Below are positions 9,035 through 17,384 of a stretch of 64,000 nt of DNA, one piece after another; position 1 is the stretch's first letter, and the number at the start of each line of letters is the position of its first letter. Both the position numbers and the translations under genes were made by a program. A model generated the notes under the pieces. It saw only the letters and a list, made by a program, of their open reading frames with translations. It was not told where the DNA came from and did no database searches. The stretch lies in IMG/VR virus record IMGVR_UViG_3300032087_005129. One strand, 5' to 3'. The stretch is from a virus.

Positions 9035-9596
9035 TCTGTTCGAATAGTTCTCGACACACGAAGTAAGAGTCTGCTATATCAGATATTGGACTTATAGCCT
9101 GTTTTGTATCAAAAATTTCTTTGAGATTCAAACCGGTGTCGATTCGAAACTGTCGAACAATCTCTTCCTTGTTTGCGTTTCCTTTTCCTGACCATTTTTT
9201 CTTTATTTCAGTTGGCGTAAAAACTGAAACAGGAATAGGAATTTGATAGAGTTTATATTTTAGAATGCCAGTATTTTCAGCGATGTTAAAAACTCTGCCT
9301 TTTGCGGCAAACGCATACCCCTCGATAGCGACCTGTTCGCACTTAGCGACCTTACTAATTGCCCAATCGGCAATTGAATCGTATCGTTGTATGTCTGTTT
9401 CCCATTCAAAGTATTTGTCGCCGAATATGTTGGTCTGAAATTTCTCAGCGTATTTGTTTTTGTCTATTAGATAATGGAATCTACATGCCTTTGGATCAAA
9501 CTTTTTTTTGTTACCACTGTAAACACAAATGCATGGACAGGTCATTGAGTAATCAATGCCAGCGATACAAATTTTCTGATTTTTCTGATTAGACAC
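9024..9596 (-). CDS. RuvC-like Holliday junction resolvase
   Basis: AGIDYS, VAIEGYAF, IAENTGILK, KK..SGKGNA.K, DIADS catalytic motifs. Confidence 0.88.
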   Translation of the reverse strand: MSNQKNQKICIAGIDYSMTCPCICVYSGNKKKFDPKACRFHYLIDKNKYAEKFQTNIFGDKYFEWETDIQRYDSIADWAISKVAKCEQVAIEGYAFAAKGRVFNIAENTGILKYKLYQIPIPVSVFTPTEIKKKWSGKGNANKEEIVRQFRIDTGLNLKEIFDTKQAISPISDIADSYFVCRELFEQINY

Positions 9597-9624
9597 TTGA
9601 CAAACCTTTTTTCTATGCTATTAT
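9597..9624 (+). promoter_or_regulatory. Sigma70-type early promoter TTGACA-N16-(TGc)TATTAT
   Basis: Perfect -35 and extended -10 upstream of the AAGGAG SD of ORF 9667. Confidence 0.75.
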
Positions 9625-9666
9625 TTAGAAGTCAACAAAAAACCTCTGAACCAAAAAGGAGAAAAA

Positions 9667-9903
9667 ATGAAATTGAAAGTTGGCGATAAAGTATGGCTTC
9701 CATCTCGAAAGAAAGAAGCCGTCGTGACTCAGATTGATACTATGTACAACTCAAAGTATCCACAATGGAGTCCACAATTTCAAGTTATGTTCTCTTCACC
9801 CATTTGGGGCGAAGAGTGTGAGTGGATCAAACCCACTGAACGAATCACACGTTTTAGGTCTTTCAAGAGCAGAAAAGGAGAATATTATGCTCAAAGTTCG
9901 TAA
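9667..9903 (+). CDS. Small early hypothetical protein (SH3/KOW-like N-terminus)
   Basis: Strong SD; MKLKVGDKV start. Confidence 0.6.
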   Translation: MKLKVGDKVWLPSRKKEAVVTQIDTMYNSKYPQWSPQFQVMFSSPIWGEECEWIKPTERITRFRSFKSRKGEYYAQSS

Positions 9904-10228
9904 TCCAAATACTGGAAAATTTATGGAGCCAACCTCCAACAACTGTCTCGACTGTCATATCCCAGAAGAGGGAATGGTTAGCCGAGTCATGGCAAAAAGA
10001 GTTCACGACAACGATGTGTTGTTTATGAACAATGGTACTGAGGTTCTCGTTGAGAAGGTCATCGAGTTCTGTGGTGGTCAAAACGCTGAGCCAATGATTT
10101 ACATTGGTTTCGAAAATGAAAATGGCGACGGTCTTAACTTCCGTGGCTATCGTCCAAATGATCGTGTTTCGATCATTGAGACTCCTGAAAATCGCAAGAT
10201 TCGTCGAGACAACAGCCGTCTTGCATAA
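9887..10228 (+). CDS. Hypothetical protein
   Basis: AAGGAG SD at 9875-9880 places the start at 9887 (MLKVRNPNTG), not 9734. Confidence 0.6.
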   Translation: MLKVRNPNTGKFMEPTSNNCLDCHIPEEGMVSRVMAKRVHDNDVLFMNNGTEVLVEKVIEFCGGQNAEPMIYIGFENENGDGLNFRGYRPNDRVSIIETPENRKIRRDNSRLA

Positions 10229-10231
10229 TTT

Positions 10232-10465
10232 ATGAGTCAGTATAGATTGCACATTGATATTCCTCTCAACACAGATGGGAAAGTTCCTACAGAAGTGGTC
10301 GAAAAGATTATGACTGTATTTGATAAATCAAATTTTTGTGTTGAAGGAATACAATGTGTAAACTATCGTCTTGGTCATGATGATGACCGTCAACGTTCAA
10401 ACTATCTTGACATCAACGAGAACGGTCACTGTAGTAATAGGAAATCAAAAATTGTCTATGATTGA
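10232..10465 (+). CDS. Hypothetical protein
   Basis: 77 aa ORF, 3 nt after the upstream stop. Confidence 0.55.
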   Translation: MSQYRLHIDIPLNTDGKVPTEVVEKIMTVFDKSNFCVEGIQCVNYRLGHDDDRQRSNYLDINENGHCSNRKSKIVYD

Positions 10466-10549
10466 ATTTATTGGTTATTGCCTCGCACCATTTTTGTGCC
10501 TAACTCTTTTGACAACATTTATTGTTTGGTATGTGAAAGATAATTCTTA

Positions 10550-11050
10550 ATGATTGAGTTTGATTACACACTGGATTTTGACAACATCGATTACCGTGAA
10601 AATCCAGAAATGTATATTATTGGTCGAGGAGAACAAGGAGTATTGCTCTGTGAACCATACAAATCTGAAATCTGCAAACACTGGAGATTTCGAACGCCTG
10701 AAATCGCGTTCGCATCGGCAAATAGAATTTACACTATGTTTAATGACTATCTTATTCGTGATGAGTTTGTTGGGGCTGATATGGCACGCAAGTTCCTTAT
10801 GATGGGATGGACAAGAGCAAGAAGGTATGCCAATCATCGTAACGGAAAGAAATACGATGATAAAGGTAGAATCAAACCACAAGAGTCTGATCATTGGACT
10901 TGTGATAAAGCAGAGTCGGCACGAATTTTTAAGCGTGTATACGATGCAGCAAGAACAAACAAAACTTACAGAACAATGGTTCGTGAGTGGAGAAAAAAAG
11001 AGGAGAAACGCGCCGTGGGAGGAACTGGCACTTCTCAGTGCGACTTATAA
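10550..11050 (+). CDS. DUF4385-like protein
   Basis: Y.IGRGEQGVL..EPYKSE...WRFRTP, FVG.DMARKFL.MG.TRARRYANH motifs. Confidence 0.8.
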   Translation: MIEFDYTLDFDNIDYRENPEMYIIGRGEQGVLLCEPYKSEICKHWRFRTPEIAFASANRIYTMFNDYLIRDEFVGADMARKFLMMGWTRARRYANHRNGKKYDDKGRIKPQESDHWTCDKAESARIFKRVYDAARTNKTYRTMVREWRKKEEKRAVGGTGTSQCDL

Positions 11051-11084
11051 TCGTGCAAACTTGGTTCGATTCCAAGACGGCGTA
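11010..11084 (+). tRNA. tRNA-Ile(UAU), atypical D-arm, no encoded CCA
   Basis: Acceptor GCGCCGT/ACGGCGT plus A73; T-arm CTTGG-TTCGATT-CCAAG; anticodon arm GTGCGA-CTTATAA-TCGTGC; D-arm GAGG-AACTGGCA-CTTC. Confidence 0.8.
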
Positions 11085-11085
11085 T

Positions 11086-11093
11086 TATAAATA
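11086..11093 (+). promoter_or_regulatory. T4-type late promoter TATAAATA for hsp20
   Basis: Exact consensus immediately before the structured leader. Confidence 0.75.
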
Positions 11094-11098
11094 AAGTA

Positions 11099-11151
11099 GA
11101 GTCGCTGATGTTCAGGACTCAAGTATTACTCGCTTAGAAAAGGAGAACAAG
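11099..11151 (+). promoter_or_regulatory. ROSE-like RNA thermometer in the hsp20 5' UTR
   Basis: Hairpin GAGTC-g-CTGA-tgt-TCAG-GACTC, then CTCGCTT pairing with the SD AAGGAG with a bulged G. Confidence 0.6.
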
Positions 11152-11574
11152 ATGATTAATACACAACACTTTGTCGGTTTATCCGAAAAATTCTGGAATG
11201 ATATTAGTTGGTTCGAATCGCTACAACAATCAACACAATCATTCCCGCCTTACGACCTTTTAAGGGTCGATGAAGACAACGCAGTATTGGAGTTTGCTCT
11301 TGCGGGATATGATAAAAACACCATTGAAATTAATGTTAACCCTACTGAAACGAATGTTCGCATTCTCGAAGTTTGTGGAGGGTCAAGTAATGGTGAGAAC
11401 ACTGATGAATCATACGAGCATCGAGGCATCGCACGCCGAAAGTTTACTACGAGAATCCCACTCTCACAATATTGGGAAGTCTCAGACGCAAAATTCGACA
11501 ACGGAATCTTATCGGTGAATCTTCACAGAAACGTGCCAGAAGAAAAGAAGCCAATTTCAATTAATGTTCAATAA
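11152..11574 (+). CDS. hsp20: Small heat shock protein (Hsp20/IbpA family)
   Basis: FPPYD, LEFALAGY, HRGIARRKF, A.FDNGIL.V.L motifs. Confidence 0.93.
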   Translation: MINTQHFVGLSEKFWNDISWFESLQQSTQSFPPYDLLRVDEDNAVLEFALAGYDKNTIEINVNPTETNVRILEVCGGSSNGENTDESYEHRGIARRKFTTRIPLSQYWEVSDAKFDNGILSVNLHRNVPEEKKPISINVQ

Positions 11575-11598
11575 TTTTAAAACCAAATAACCCCCTCG

Positions 11599-11628
11599 AA
11601 CGTCCAGGATGAAATACGCTTGGACGTT
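11599..11628 (+). terminator. Possible terminator hairpin after hsp20
   Basis: AACGTCCAGG/CTTGGACGTT 10-bp stem with a 10-nt loop and a weak U-tract. Confidence 0.4.
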
Positions 11629-11632
11629 TCAT

Positions 11633-11675
11633 TATAAATATTACCGCTTGACACGATCTGTTTTTCTGTTATACT
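11633..11675 (+). promoter_or_regulatory. Tandem late (TATAAATA 11633-11640) and sigma70 (TTGACA-N16-TGtTATACT 11648-11675) promoters
   Basis: Both consensus elements visible; ATG at 11682 lies 6 nt after the -10. Confidence 0.75.
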
Positions 11676-11681
11676 TAAAGC

Positions 11682-12242
11682 ATGAACATATTCGCTATTG
11701 ATAAAGATCCTATTGTTTCTGCCCAGTCTATGTGCGACAAGCATATTGTCAAAATGATTCTTGAGGCTGGTCAAATGCTTTCTACTTCTCATCGTTATCT
11801 TGACGGTGAACTTTATTACGAAATGAGTAAGGGCGCCAAGCCTCGAAAAATTAAACGATGGCGATTAACTGACGAGCGTGAAGACATACTCTGGAAAGCA
11901 ACCTTCTTACATCACCCATGTACAGTATGGACATTCGAAACATCTGAAAACTATTCTTGGCATCAGAAGCACGCCAAGGCGTTGTGTGAAGAATACACAT
12001 ATCGCTATGGTAAAAGACACAGTGCAGAAAATCTTATTGACAAACTAGAGCAGTTGCCCTACAATATCGTAAAAGGTAAACTGACAAGATTCGCTGTTGC
12101 GATGCCCGAAGAGTACAAAGTTGAAGACGCTGTTGAATCATATCGAAACTATTACAACGGCGCAAAATCTTATTTTGCAAAATGGACTAAGCGAGATGTT
12201 CCTGCTTGGTACACTGGAGTGTTTAATAATGCCGACGTATGA
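11682..12242 (+). CDS. Pyrimidine-dimer DNA glycosylase / endonuclease V-like protein
   Basis: MNIF..D.DP..SA...CDKH.VKMILE..QMLST.H, HPCT.W, EY..RYGK.H, AMPEEYK..D.V.SYR.YY. Confidence 0.8.
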   Translation: MNIFAIDKDPIVSAQSMCDKHIVKMILEAGQMLSTSHRYLDGELYYEMSKGAKPRKIKRWRLTDEREDILWKATFLHHPCTVWTFETSENYSWHQKHAKALCEEYTYRYGKRHSAENLIDKLEQLPYNIVKGKLTRFAVAMPEEYKVEDAVESYRNYYNGAKSYFAKWTKRDVPAWYTGVFNNADV

Positions 12243-12483
12243 CTACTGTTGCGAATCATGTGATTATGTATTCGAAGAGCAACTACTTATCAAAGATCGA
12301 AACAAACCTACAAAGAGACCATGTCCTAAGTGTGGTAAAAAAGACATAAAGAAAATGGTTGGTGCACCAGGCATTGGTGACGCAGTTTCTCTCGGTCGAA
12401 AAAAGATTGATAATGGCTTCCGTGAAGTCTTATCTAAAATTGAAGAGAAAACAGGACAACAAGTGCAAAGGAAATTTGATTAA
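12229..12483 (+). CDS. FmdB-family zinc-ribbon protein
   Basis: MPTYDY.C..C...FE...CPKCG; GGAG SD places the start at 12229. Confidence 0.8.
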   Translation: MPTYDYCCESCDYVFEEQLLIKDRNKPTKRPCPKCGKKDIKKMVGAPGIGDAVSLGRKKIDNGFREVLSKIEEKTGQQVQRKFD

Positions 12484-13196
12484 TGTTTGATCATGTAAAC
12501 GTGGAACTTCCAGAAAGAAAAGTTCGAACCGACGAAAGCACAGGCAAACGATACTACATCATTGATGGTGTTGATGTACATTACCCATCAGTGACCACAG
12601 TTGTCAATCACGAAAACGAAGAGTTTTTTGCAGAGTGGCGTAAGAATCCTGAGAACGCAAAAATGGCTGCTCAGGCTGCTGCAAGAGGAAACAAGTATCA
12701 CAATCTAGTCGAAGATTATCTCAACAACAAAGAGATCGAAAGTATTCCTTTGTTTGAATCCTCAAAGTTTAAACTCGACAAGATCAACAACATTCGCGCC
12801 CTTGAGGTTCCTCTTTGGGGCGATGTGTTGGAGTTGATTCGTGAAAACTATGGGTTGAGCGTCAAGGGCAACTTTGGCGTTGCTGGTCGTGTTGACTGCA
12901 TTGCAGAGTACGAAGGACAACTGGCAGTGATTGACTTCAAGACAGCAAAGCGTCCGAAGAACGTAGAAGACATCGAGGGCTACTTGATGCAAGCAACATG
13001 CTACTCTCTTCTTTGGGAAGGACTTACAGGAGAAAAGATTCACGATGGTGTTATCATCATGGCTTGTGACGATCTCTCTTGCTCTGTTTATAAATTTAGA
13101 ACTAAAAAACTCAACCGTCTCAATCGGTTGGTAGACATTATCAATTCATATCAACAAAAATACGGGAGACAAAATGGGATCAATATTCACAGTTAA
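12483..13196 (+). CDS. PD-(D/E)XK exonuclease of T4-like phages
   Basis: YPSVTTV, RG..YH..VE.YL, AGRVDCIAEY, IDFKT, Y.MQ..CY. Confidence 0.88.
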   Translation: MFDHVNVELPERKVRTDESTGKRYYIIDGVDVHYPSVTTVVNHENEEFFAEWRKNPENAKMAAQAAARGNKYHNLVEDYLNNKEIESIPLFESSKFKLDKINNIRALEVPLWGDVLELIRENYGLSVKGNFGVAGRVDCIAEYEGQLAVIDFKTAKRPKNVEDIEGYLMQATCYSLLWEGLTGEKIHDGVIIMACDDLSCSVYKFRTKKLNRLNRLVDIINSYQQKYGRQNGINIHS

Positions 13197-13404
13197 CACA
13201 CGAGACTTTTCTAAAAAGGTCGAAGATTGTGTAAAGAAAACCAAAATGACATATATGGATGCAGTGCTACATATTTGTAATGAACATGAGATTGAACCCG
13301 AAACTGTAAAAAAGTTTCTTACAAAACCAATTAAAGAGAAAATTGAAAATGAGGCAAGAGGTCTTAACATGCTACCACGAAAAACGGAACTGCCATTCAA
13401 ATGA
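13174..13404 (+). CDS. gp33: Late transcription coactivator gp33
   Basis: FS..VE.....YMDAV...C....IEPE.V...L...IKEKIE.EA..LN.L; position before gp59 and gp32. Confidence 0.88.
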   Translation: MGSIFTVNTRDFSKKVEDCVKKTKMTYMDAVLHICNEHEIEPETVKKFLTKPIKEKIENEARGLNMLPRKTELPFK

Positions 13405-14033
13405 GAACTAAAGTGAAAGGCTTTGAAGTTTATACCCTATACGTTGCCATGAAAGCACACTTCAAAACAAAGTCGTATGACTTTGTAAAGTTTGGTGGTA
13501 AGATTCGAAGTCGTATTTCTACATACAACAATCGTAAAGACAAATACTACTTTGAAAAATTAGCAAAGAAGTATAGCGAAAGCGAAATCAAAGAGATTCT
13601 CTTGTCGAATATTGTTGAGAATGAAGACATCTGGATCGGTGACACGTTTGATTCTGACGCAGAAGAAACTTGGAAAAAATGGAGATCAAAGAAAGATTCA
13701 CTTGAAAGAGTTTTTAACAGCGAGTTTAATTCTATTTGCGAGTTTGCTGAAGAAAACAACATGAAGTTTGATGAGTTTTTTCAATCAAACGATGGTGACC
13801 ATCCAGAAATATTGAAGTGGTATCTTCGTAAAGATATTTCGGTTGAAACCTTTTTGATACTTGACTCGCTACTAAGTTTTGTTTTACGATTGAATTGTGA
13901 TTTAAAAGATGATGTGGTTTGGAATGAACACTCACAACGAATTAAGAAGTACCGTTCATTCTTTACAATCGACACAAAACGATTTCGTAAAAAAGCCTTG
14001 GATATTCTCAAAAAATATGAGATCCAAAAATAA
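13401..14033 (+). CDS. gp59: Helicase loader gp59
   Basis: Y..Y.AMK.HF....YDF.K..GK, RKDKY.FEKL, HP.IL..YL...IS.ET. Confidence 0.9.
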   Translation: MRTKVKGFEVYTLYVAMKAHFKTKSYDFVKFGGKIRSRISTYNNRKDKYYFEKLAKKYSESEIKEILLSNIVENEDIWIGDTFDSDAEETWKKWRSKKDSLERVFNSEFNSICEFAEENNMKFDEFFQSNDGDHPEILKWYLRKDISVETFLILDSLLSFVLRLNCDLKDDVVWNEHSQRIKKYRSFFTIDTKRFRKKALDILKKYEIQK

Positions 14034-14090
14034 ATAATAGTATACTTAAGCACATACGGAAATATACAGCAAATACAAGGAGAAAAAATT

Positions 14091-15041
14091 ATGTCGTATG
14101 CAGATTACAAAAACAGAAAGAAGAAGAATCTTGGCAATCTTCAAAAAGAATTAGAGAAGATTAACACCAAGACCACCAAATCTTATGAAGATGATCGTTA
14201 CTGGAAACTCTCTTGTGACAAGTCAGGCAATGGTTACGCAATTGTTCGTTTCCTTCCTGCTTGTGGCAACGAAGACATTCCTTGGGTTCAAATCTTCAGC
14301 CATTCTTTTCAAGGACCAGGCGGCTGGTATATTGAAAAGTCTTTGACCACACTCGGTCAAAAAGATCCTGTCTCTGAAGCAAACACACTTCTTTGGAACA
14401 GCGGTATCGAAAGCGATAAGAAAATCGCTCGTGATCGTAAGCGTAAACTTCGTTATGTCTCAAACATTCTCGTTGTCAAAGATCCTGCAAACCCTGACAA
14501 TGAGGGTAAAGTGTTCTTGTTTGAGTATGGCAAGAAGATTCACGATAAGATCATCGAGAAGTTGTCACCACCTGAAGTTCCTGATGGGTTTACTCCTGAA
14601 GATCCTGTCAATGTGTTTGACTTCGAAGACGGGGCAAACTTTATGCTTCAAGCGGCTCAAGTTTCTGGTTATAGAAACTACGACAAGTCTAAGTTTGACA
14701 ATCAATCTTCGCTGTTTGATGGTGAAGATTCCAAACTTGAAAAAGTCTACAACTCACTGCACTCACTTCAAGAGTTGGTTGCACCTAGTGAGTTTAAGAC
14801 CTATGACGAACTCAAGGCCAAGTTTGACAAAGTTGTTCATGGCGTAACGACTACCTCTTCTGCTGAGACTGCTCAAGAAGAAGACGTAGATCTTGCTGAA
14901 AAGATGTATGGCTCTAAGTCTAGCGTCACTGAAGACGTTGAGCAGACAATCAGCACAGGCTCTGATGAGAGCGAAACAACTGAGTCTGTTGAGCAAGATG
15001 ATGCCTTCTCTTACTTTGAGAAACTTTCTCAAGAAGACTAA
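14091..15041 (+). CDS. gp32: Single-stranded DNA-binding protein gp32
   Basis: DDRYW, GNGYA.VRFLP, HSFQGPGGWYIE.SLTTLG, YGKKI, YRNYDKS, acidic C-tail. Confidence 0.96.
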   Translation: MSYADYKNRKKKNLGNLQKELEKINTKTTKSYEDDRYWKLSCDKSGNGYAIVRFLPACGNEDIPWVQIFSHSFQGPGGWYIEKSLTTLGQKDPVSEANTLLWNSGIESDKKIARDRKRKLRYVSNILVVKDPANPDNEGKVFLFEYGKKIHDKIIEKLSPPEVPDGFTPEDPVNVFDFEDGANFMLQAAQVSGYRNYDKSKFDNQSSLFDGEDSKLEKVYNSLHSLQELVAPSEFKTYDELKAKFDKVVHGVTTTSSAETAQEEDVDLAEKMYGSKSSVTEDVEQTISTGSDESETTESVEQDDAFSYFEKLSQED

Positions 15042-15062
15042 AAAGAAACCTTCTTTCTTCTT

Positions 15063-15093
15063 AGGGGATCGGCCTAGCCGGTCCCCTTTTTTT
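15063..15093 (+). terminator. Rho-independent terminator after gp32
   Basis: AGGGGATCGGC-CTA-GCCGGTCCCCT hairpin plus T-run, at the junction with convergent genes. Confidence 0.85.
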
Positions 15094-16507
15094 ATACTTG
15101 CCCGACTCTGTTCAAACCACGAAGCATACTTGTGATTGTTGGATCTTGAACTCTTGCTGGTGGTGCTGCGATAATTGGAACTTTGTTTCCAGAACCACCT
15201 CGTGAGTTTATTTGTGTTTGTGGTGCTACAACATTCACTGCGGGTGAAGAACCAAGAGCAAAGTTTTCATTGCTCAGATTGTTTACTAACGCACCAATGT
15301 TACTTGCAGGGCCAAGATACTTGTTAAACACAGAGTCTAAACTTGGTTTCAAATACTGATCACCAAAAGAACGAAGAGGTAGGATTGCTTCTGCCTGATT
15401 GTTTTCTGCGACTCTTGCGATCATACCATCTGGAGAACCACTAACAATACCACCCTCTGCAAACTCTGGTACTTTAAGGCCTCTGAAAAAGTTAATAGTG
15501 CTTTCTGCAAGACCATCTGGTATTAAAAGATCCCCAACCGCAGTGCTGTTCAAATACTCAACAGTTGATGCGATTCCGCCTGTGATGAGATCAAACAGAG
15601 CGGATACTGGTTTTGTAAACAAATCGACAATATCAAACTCACCAGTAAACAGGCCGTAGATGAGATCAAACGGTGCGGTGATCGCAGTCATAATTCCATC
15701 TGTGAAACTTTTCAGATAGTCAAAGTCAATCAAACCAAAAGTCAAGAAGTTCAGAAGACCTGCAAAGGCACCGCTGATACTTCCTTTTATCTTGTCAACA
15801 ATAGTTCCTTCTGTGTTCACGAAGCCACTGATGGCACCACTAATAATATCAATAGCACCCAGAACAATGTTTAGTGGTAAGAAAAGTTTAGATAAAAACT
15901 TAAATACAACAGGTAGAAGTTTTGTGAGTGGACGAAGTATTGTGCTTGCAACTTTGATAATTGGTTTGATTGCCTTCATAATTGGGCCGAAGAATTTGCC
16001 GACACCAGCAAAAACTTTTCCTATTTGCCCAACTGTCTTACCAATAAACTCAACAATCTTGACACCGAAAGAAGATTTGAATGCTTTGATTATTGGTCCA
16101 AAAATTGACGCTTGAACGACAGCCGCGAAGTCTTCACCAAACGCAAAAACACCGCCAGCAAGAGCAGCAAAGCCAAGTGCGAGATTTTTGAGAAACCCGC
16201 TACCAACACCTTCTTTGATCGATTCAGAAATACTTTGACCAAACTTTTTCAGAGAATCACCTATACCGCTAAACATACTGAGGAGTTTTTTTTGTTCTCT
16301 TTGTGCTTCTCTTCTGTTTTCAGCCTCTTTGATGTTGTTTTTCTTCTGACTATCAATAAGTTTGTCATTGTGTTCTTTGATGCTGTCTTTAATTTCTTCC
16401 AGAACTTGTGAATCGCTATCGGTGCCACCACCGAGAGACTTTGTGTTTTCTTTCAAAGCCTTGACCAGTTCTTCCATGACCTTTATTGTTTTTGGATCGT
16501 CAACCAT
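15092..16507 (-). CDS. Tape-measure / gp29-like baseplate hub protein
   Basis: N-terminal coiled coil, amphipathic F/I/G/K repeats, FAEGGIV...AE....EAILPL motif; directly downstream of gp51. Confidence 0.6.
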   Translation of the reverse strand: MVDDPKTIKVMEELVKALKENTKSLGGGTDSDSQVLEEIKDSIKEHNDKLIDSQKKNNIKEAENRREAQREQKKLLSMFSGIGDSLKKFGQSISESIKEGVGSGFLKNLALGFAALAGGVFAFGEDFAAVVQASIFGPIIKAFKSSFGVKIVEFIGKTVGQIGKVFAGVGKFFGPIMKAIKPIIKVASTILRPLTKLLPVVFKFLSKLFLPLNIVLGAIDIISGAISGFVNTEGTIVDKIKGSISGAFAGLLNFLTFGLIDFDYLKSFTDGIMTAITAPFDLIYGLFTGEFDIVDLFTKPVSALFDLITGGIASTVEYLNSTAVGDLLIPDGLAESTINFFRGLKVPEFAEGGIVSGSPDGMIARVAENNQAEAILPLRSFGDQYLKPSLDSVFNKYLGPASNIGALVNNLSNENFALGSSPAVNVVAPQTQINSRGGSGNKVPIIAAPPARVQDPTITSMLRGLNRVGQV

Positions 16508-16688
16508 TTTTCCTACTCTTTAGTTCTTTGTTTTGTTTTTCCACATGATGTATAAGTTGCTGCATGTAGATTTGCCTTTCCCAAGGAATCATGTTTTCTA
16601 TATCGGTCAAAGAGTAATTGAAATGGGTCATCATGTTAAAGTTCCAGATATAGTGATTCTTCAAGTTATCATGGAAAAGGCATATCAA
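16500..16688 (-). CDS. gp51: Baseplate hub assembly catalyst gp51
   Basis: H.NL..HY..NF.MM.H..YSL.DIENMIPWER.IY. Confidence 0.85.
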   Translation of the reverse strand: MICLFHDNLKNHYIWNFNMMTHFNYSLTDIENMIPWERQIYMQQLIHHVEKQNKELKSRKNG

Positions 16689-17374
16689 AAAAAATCATAA
16701 ATGTTGTCGAATACAACCTTTTCTTTTTTGTTTGTTTTTGGATCTTCATATACTACTTCGTGATATAGTTTTGGCAACGCTTCGAAATAGTCTGTTAACA
16801 TCTTAAATTGTGATTGTGTTAGACTTTCTAGAAATTGTTTTAGTTCAGACTTTGTGTAATCTTTCGACGAGTACACTCCGTTTTCGTCATAGATGGATTC
16901 GACACACTCAGTTAGTATGTCAAAAAGTTTTTCTGTCTCATCCTCACCCGTGACTTTCGAAACAGAAAATGTTGGCGCCTTTAGTTTGATACCAATCTTT
17001 TCGTTGAGTTTGATATCAGACTTGACTCTTTTCTTTTTGATACCGATTGATGTCAAATCTACTTTTAGTTTTACTTTTTCGCCAGACTTCAACTCACGAA
17101 TCAATTCTACAACTTCACCGACCGACCTTGCTCGTAGTTGTAGAAACAAATACTCAACATCAACGAGTGGTAACTCATCAATGTTTAGATCACCTTCGAC
17201 GCAGTTTGTCACAACTGTTCGAAGAGAGTTTAGAATCTCGCTTTGATTTTTTGATTCGCTGGCAATAAGAAGAATCTTTTCTTCTTTTACCAAAAATGGA
17301 CGAAACTTAATTTTCTTTTCTGATACGGGTAATGTTAAATCATATGTGGGTGTTGCAACAACCGGTAAAGGCAT
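16685..17374 (-). CDS. gp26: Baseplate hub subunit gp26
   Basis: MPLP...PTY.L.LP...IKFRPFLVKEEKILL, DVEYLFLQLRARSVGE. Confidence 0.92.
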   Translation of the reverse strand: MPLPVVATPTYDLTLPVSEKKIKFRPFLVKEEKILLIASESKNQSEILNSLRTVVTNCVEGDLNIDELPLVDVEYLFLQLRARSVGEVVELIRELKSGEKVKLKVDLTSIGIKKKRVKSDIKLNEKIGIKLKAPTFSVSKVTGEDETEKLFDILTECVESIYDENGVYSSKDYTKSELKQFLESLTQSQFKMLTDYFEALPKLYHEVVYEDPKTNKKEKVVFDNIYDFF

Positions 17375-17384
17375 AATCTACTCC

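Noticed and set aside
10509-10540. TTGACA upstream of the DUF4385-like gene as a fifth sigma70 promoter
   Set aside because: No convincing -10 at 16-18 bp spacing
11044-11050. Reading the tRNA loop as a UUA ochre suppressor implying stop-codon recoding
   Set aside because: The 7-nt loop C-U-UAU-A-A places UAU at positions 34-36; core genes are intact under the standard code and TAA is a common stop
12483-13196. Cas4-like nuclease as a sign of a CRISPR system
   Set aside because: Standard T4-like phage exonuclease in its usual position before gp33; no array or other cas genes
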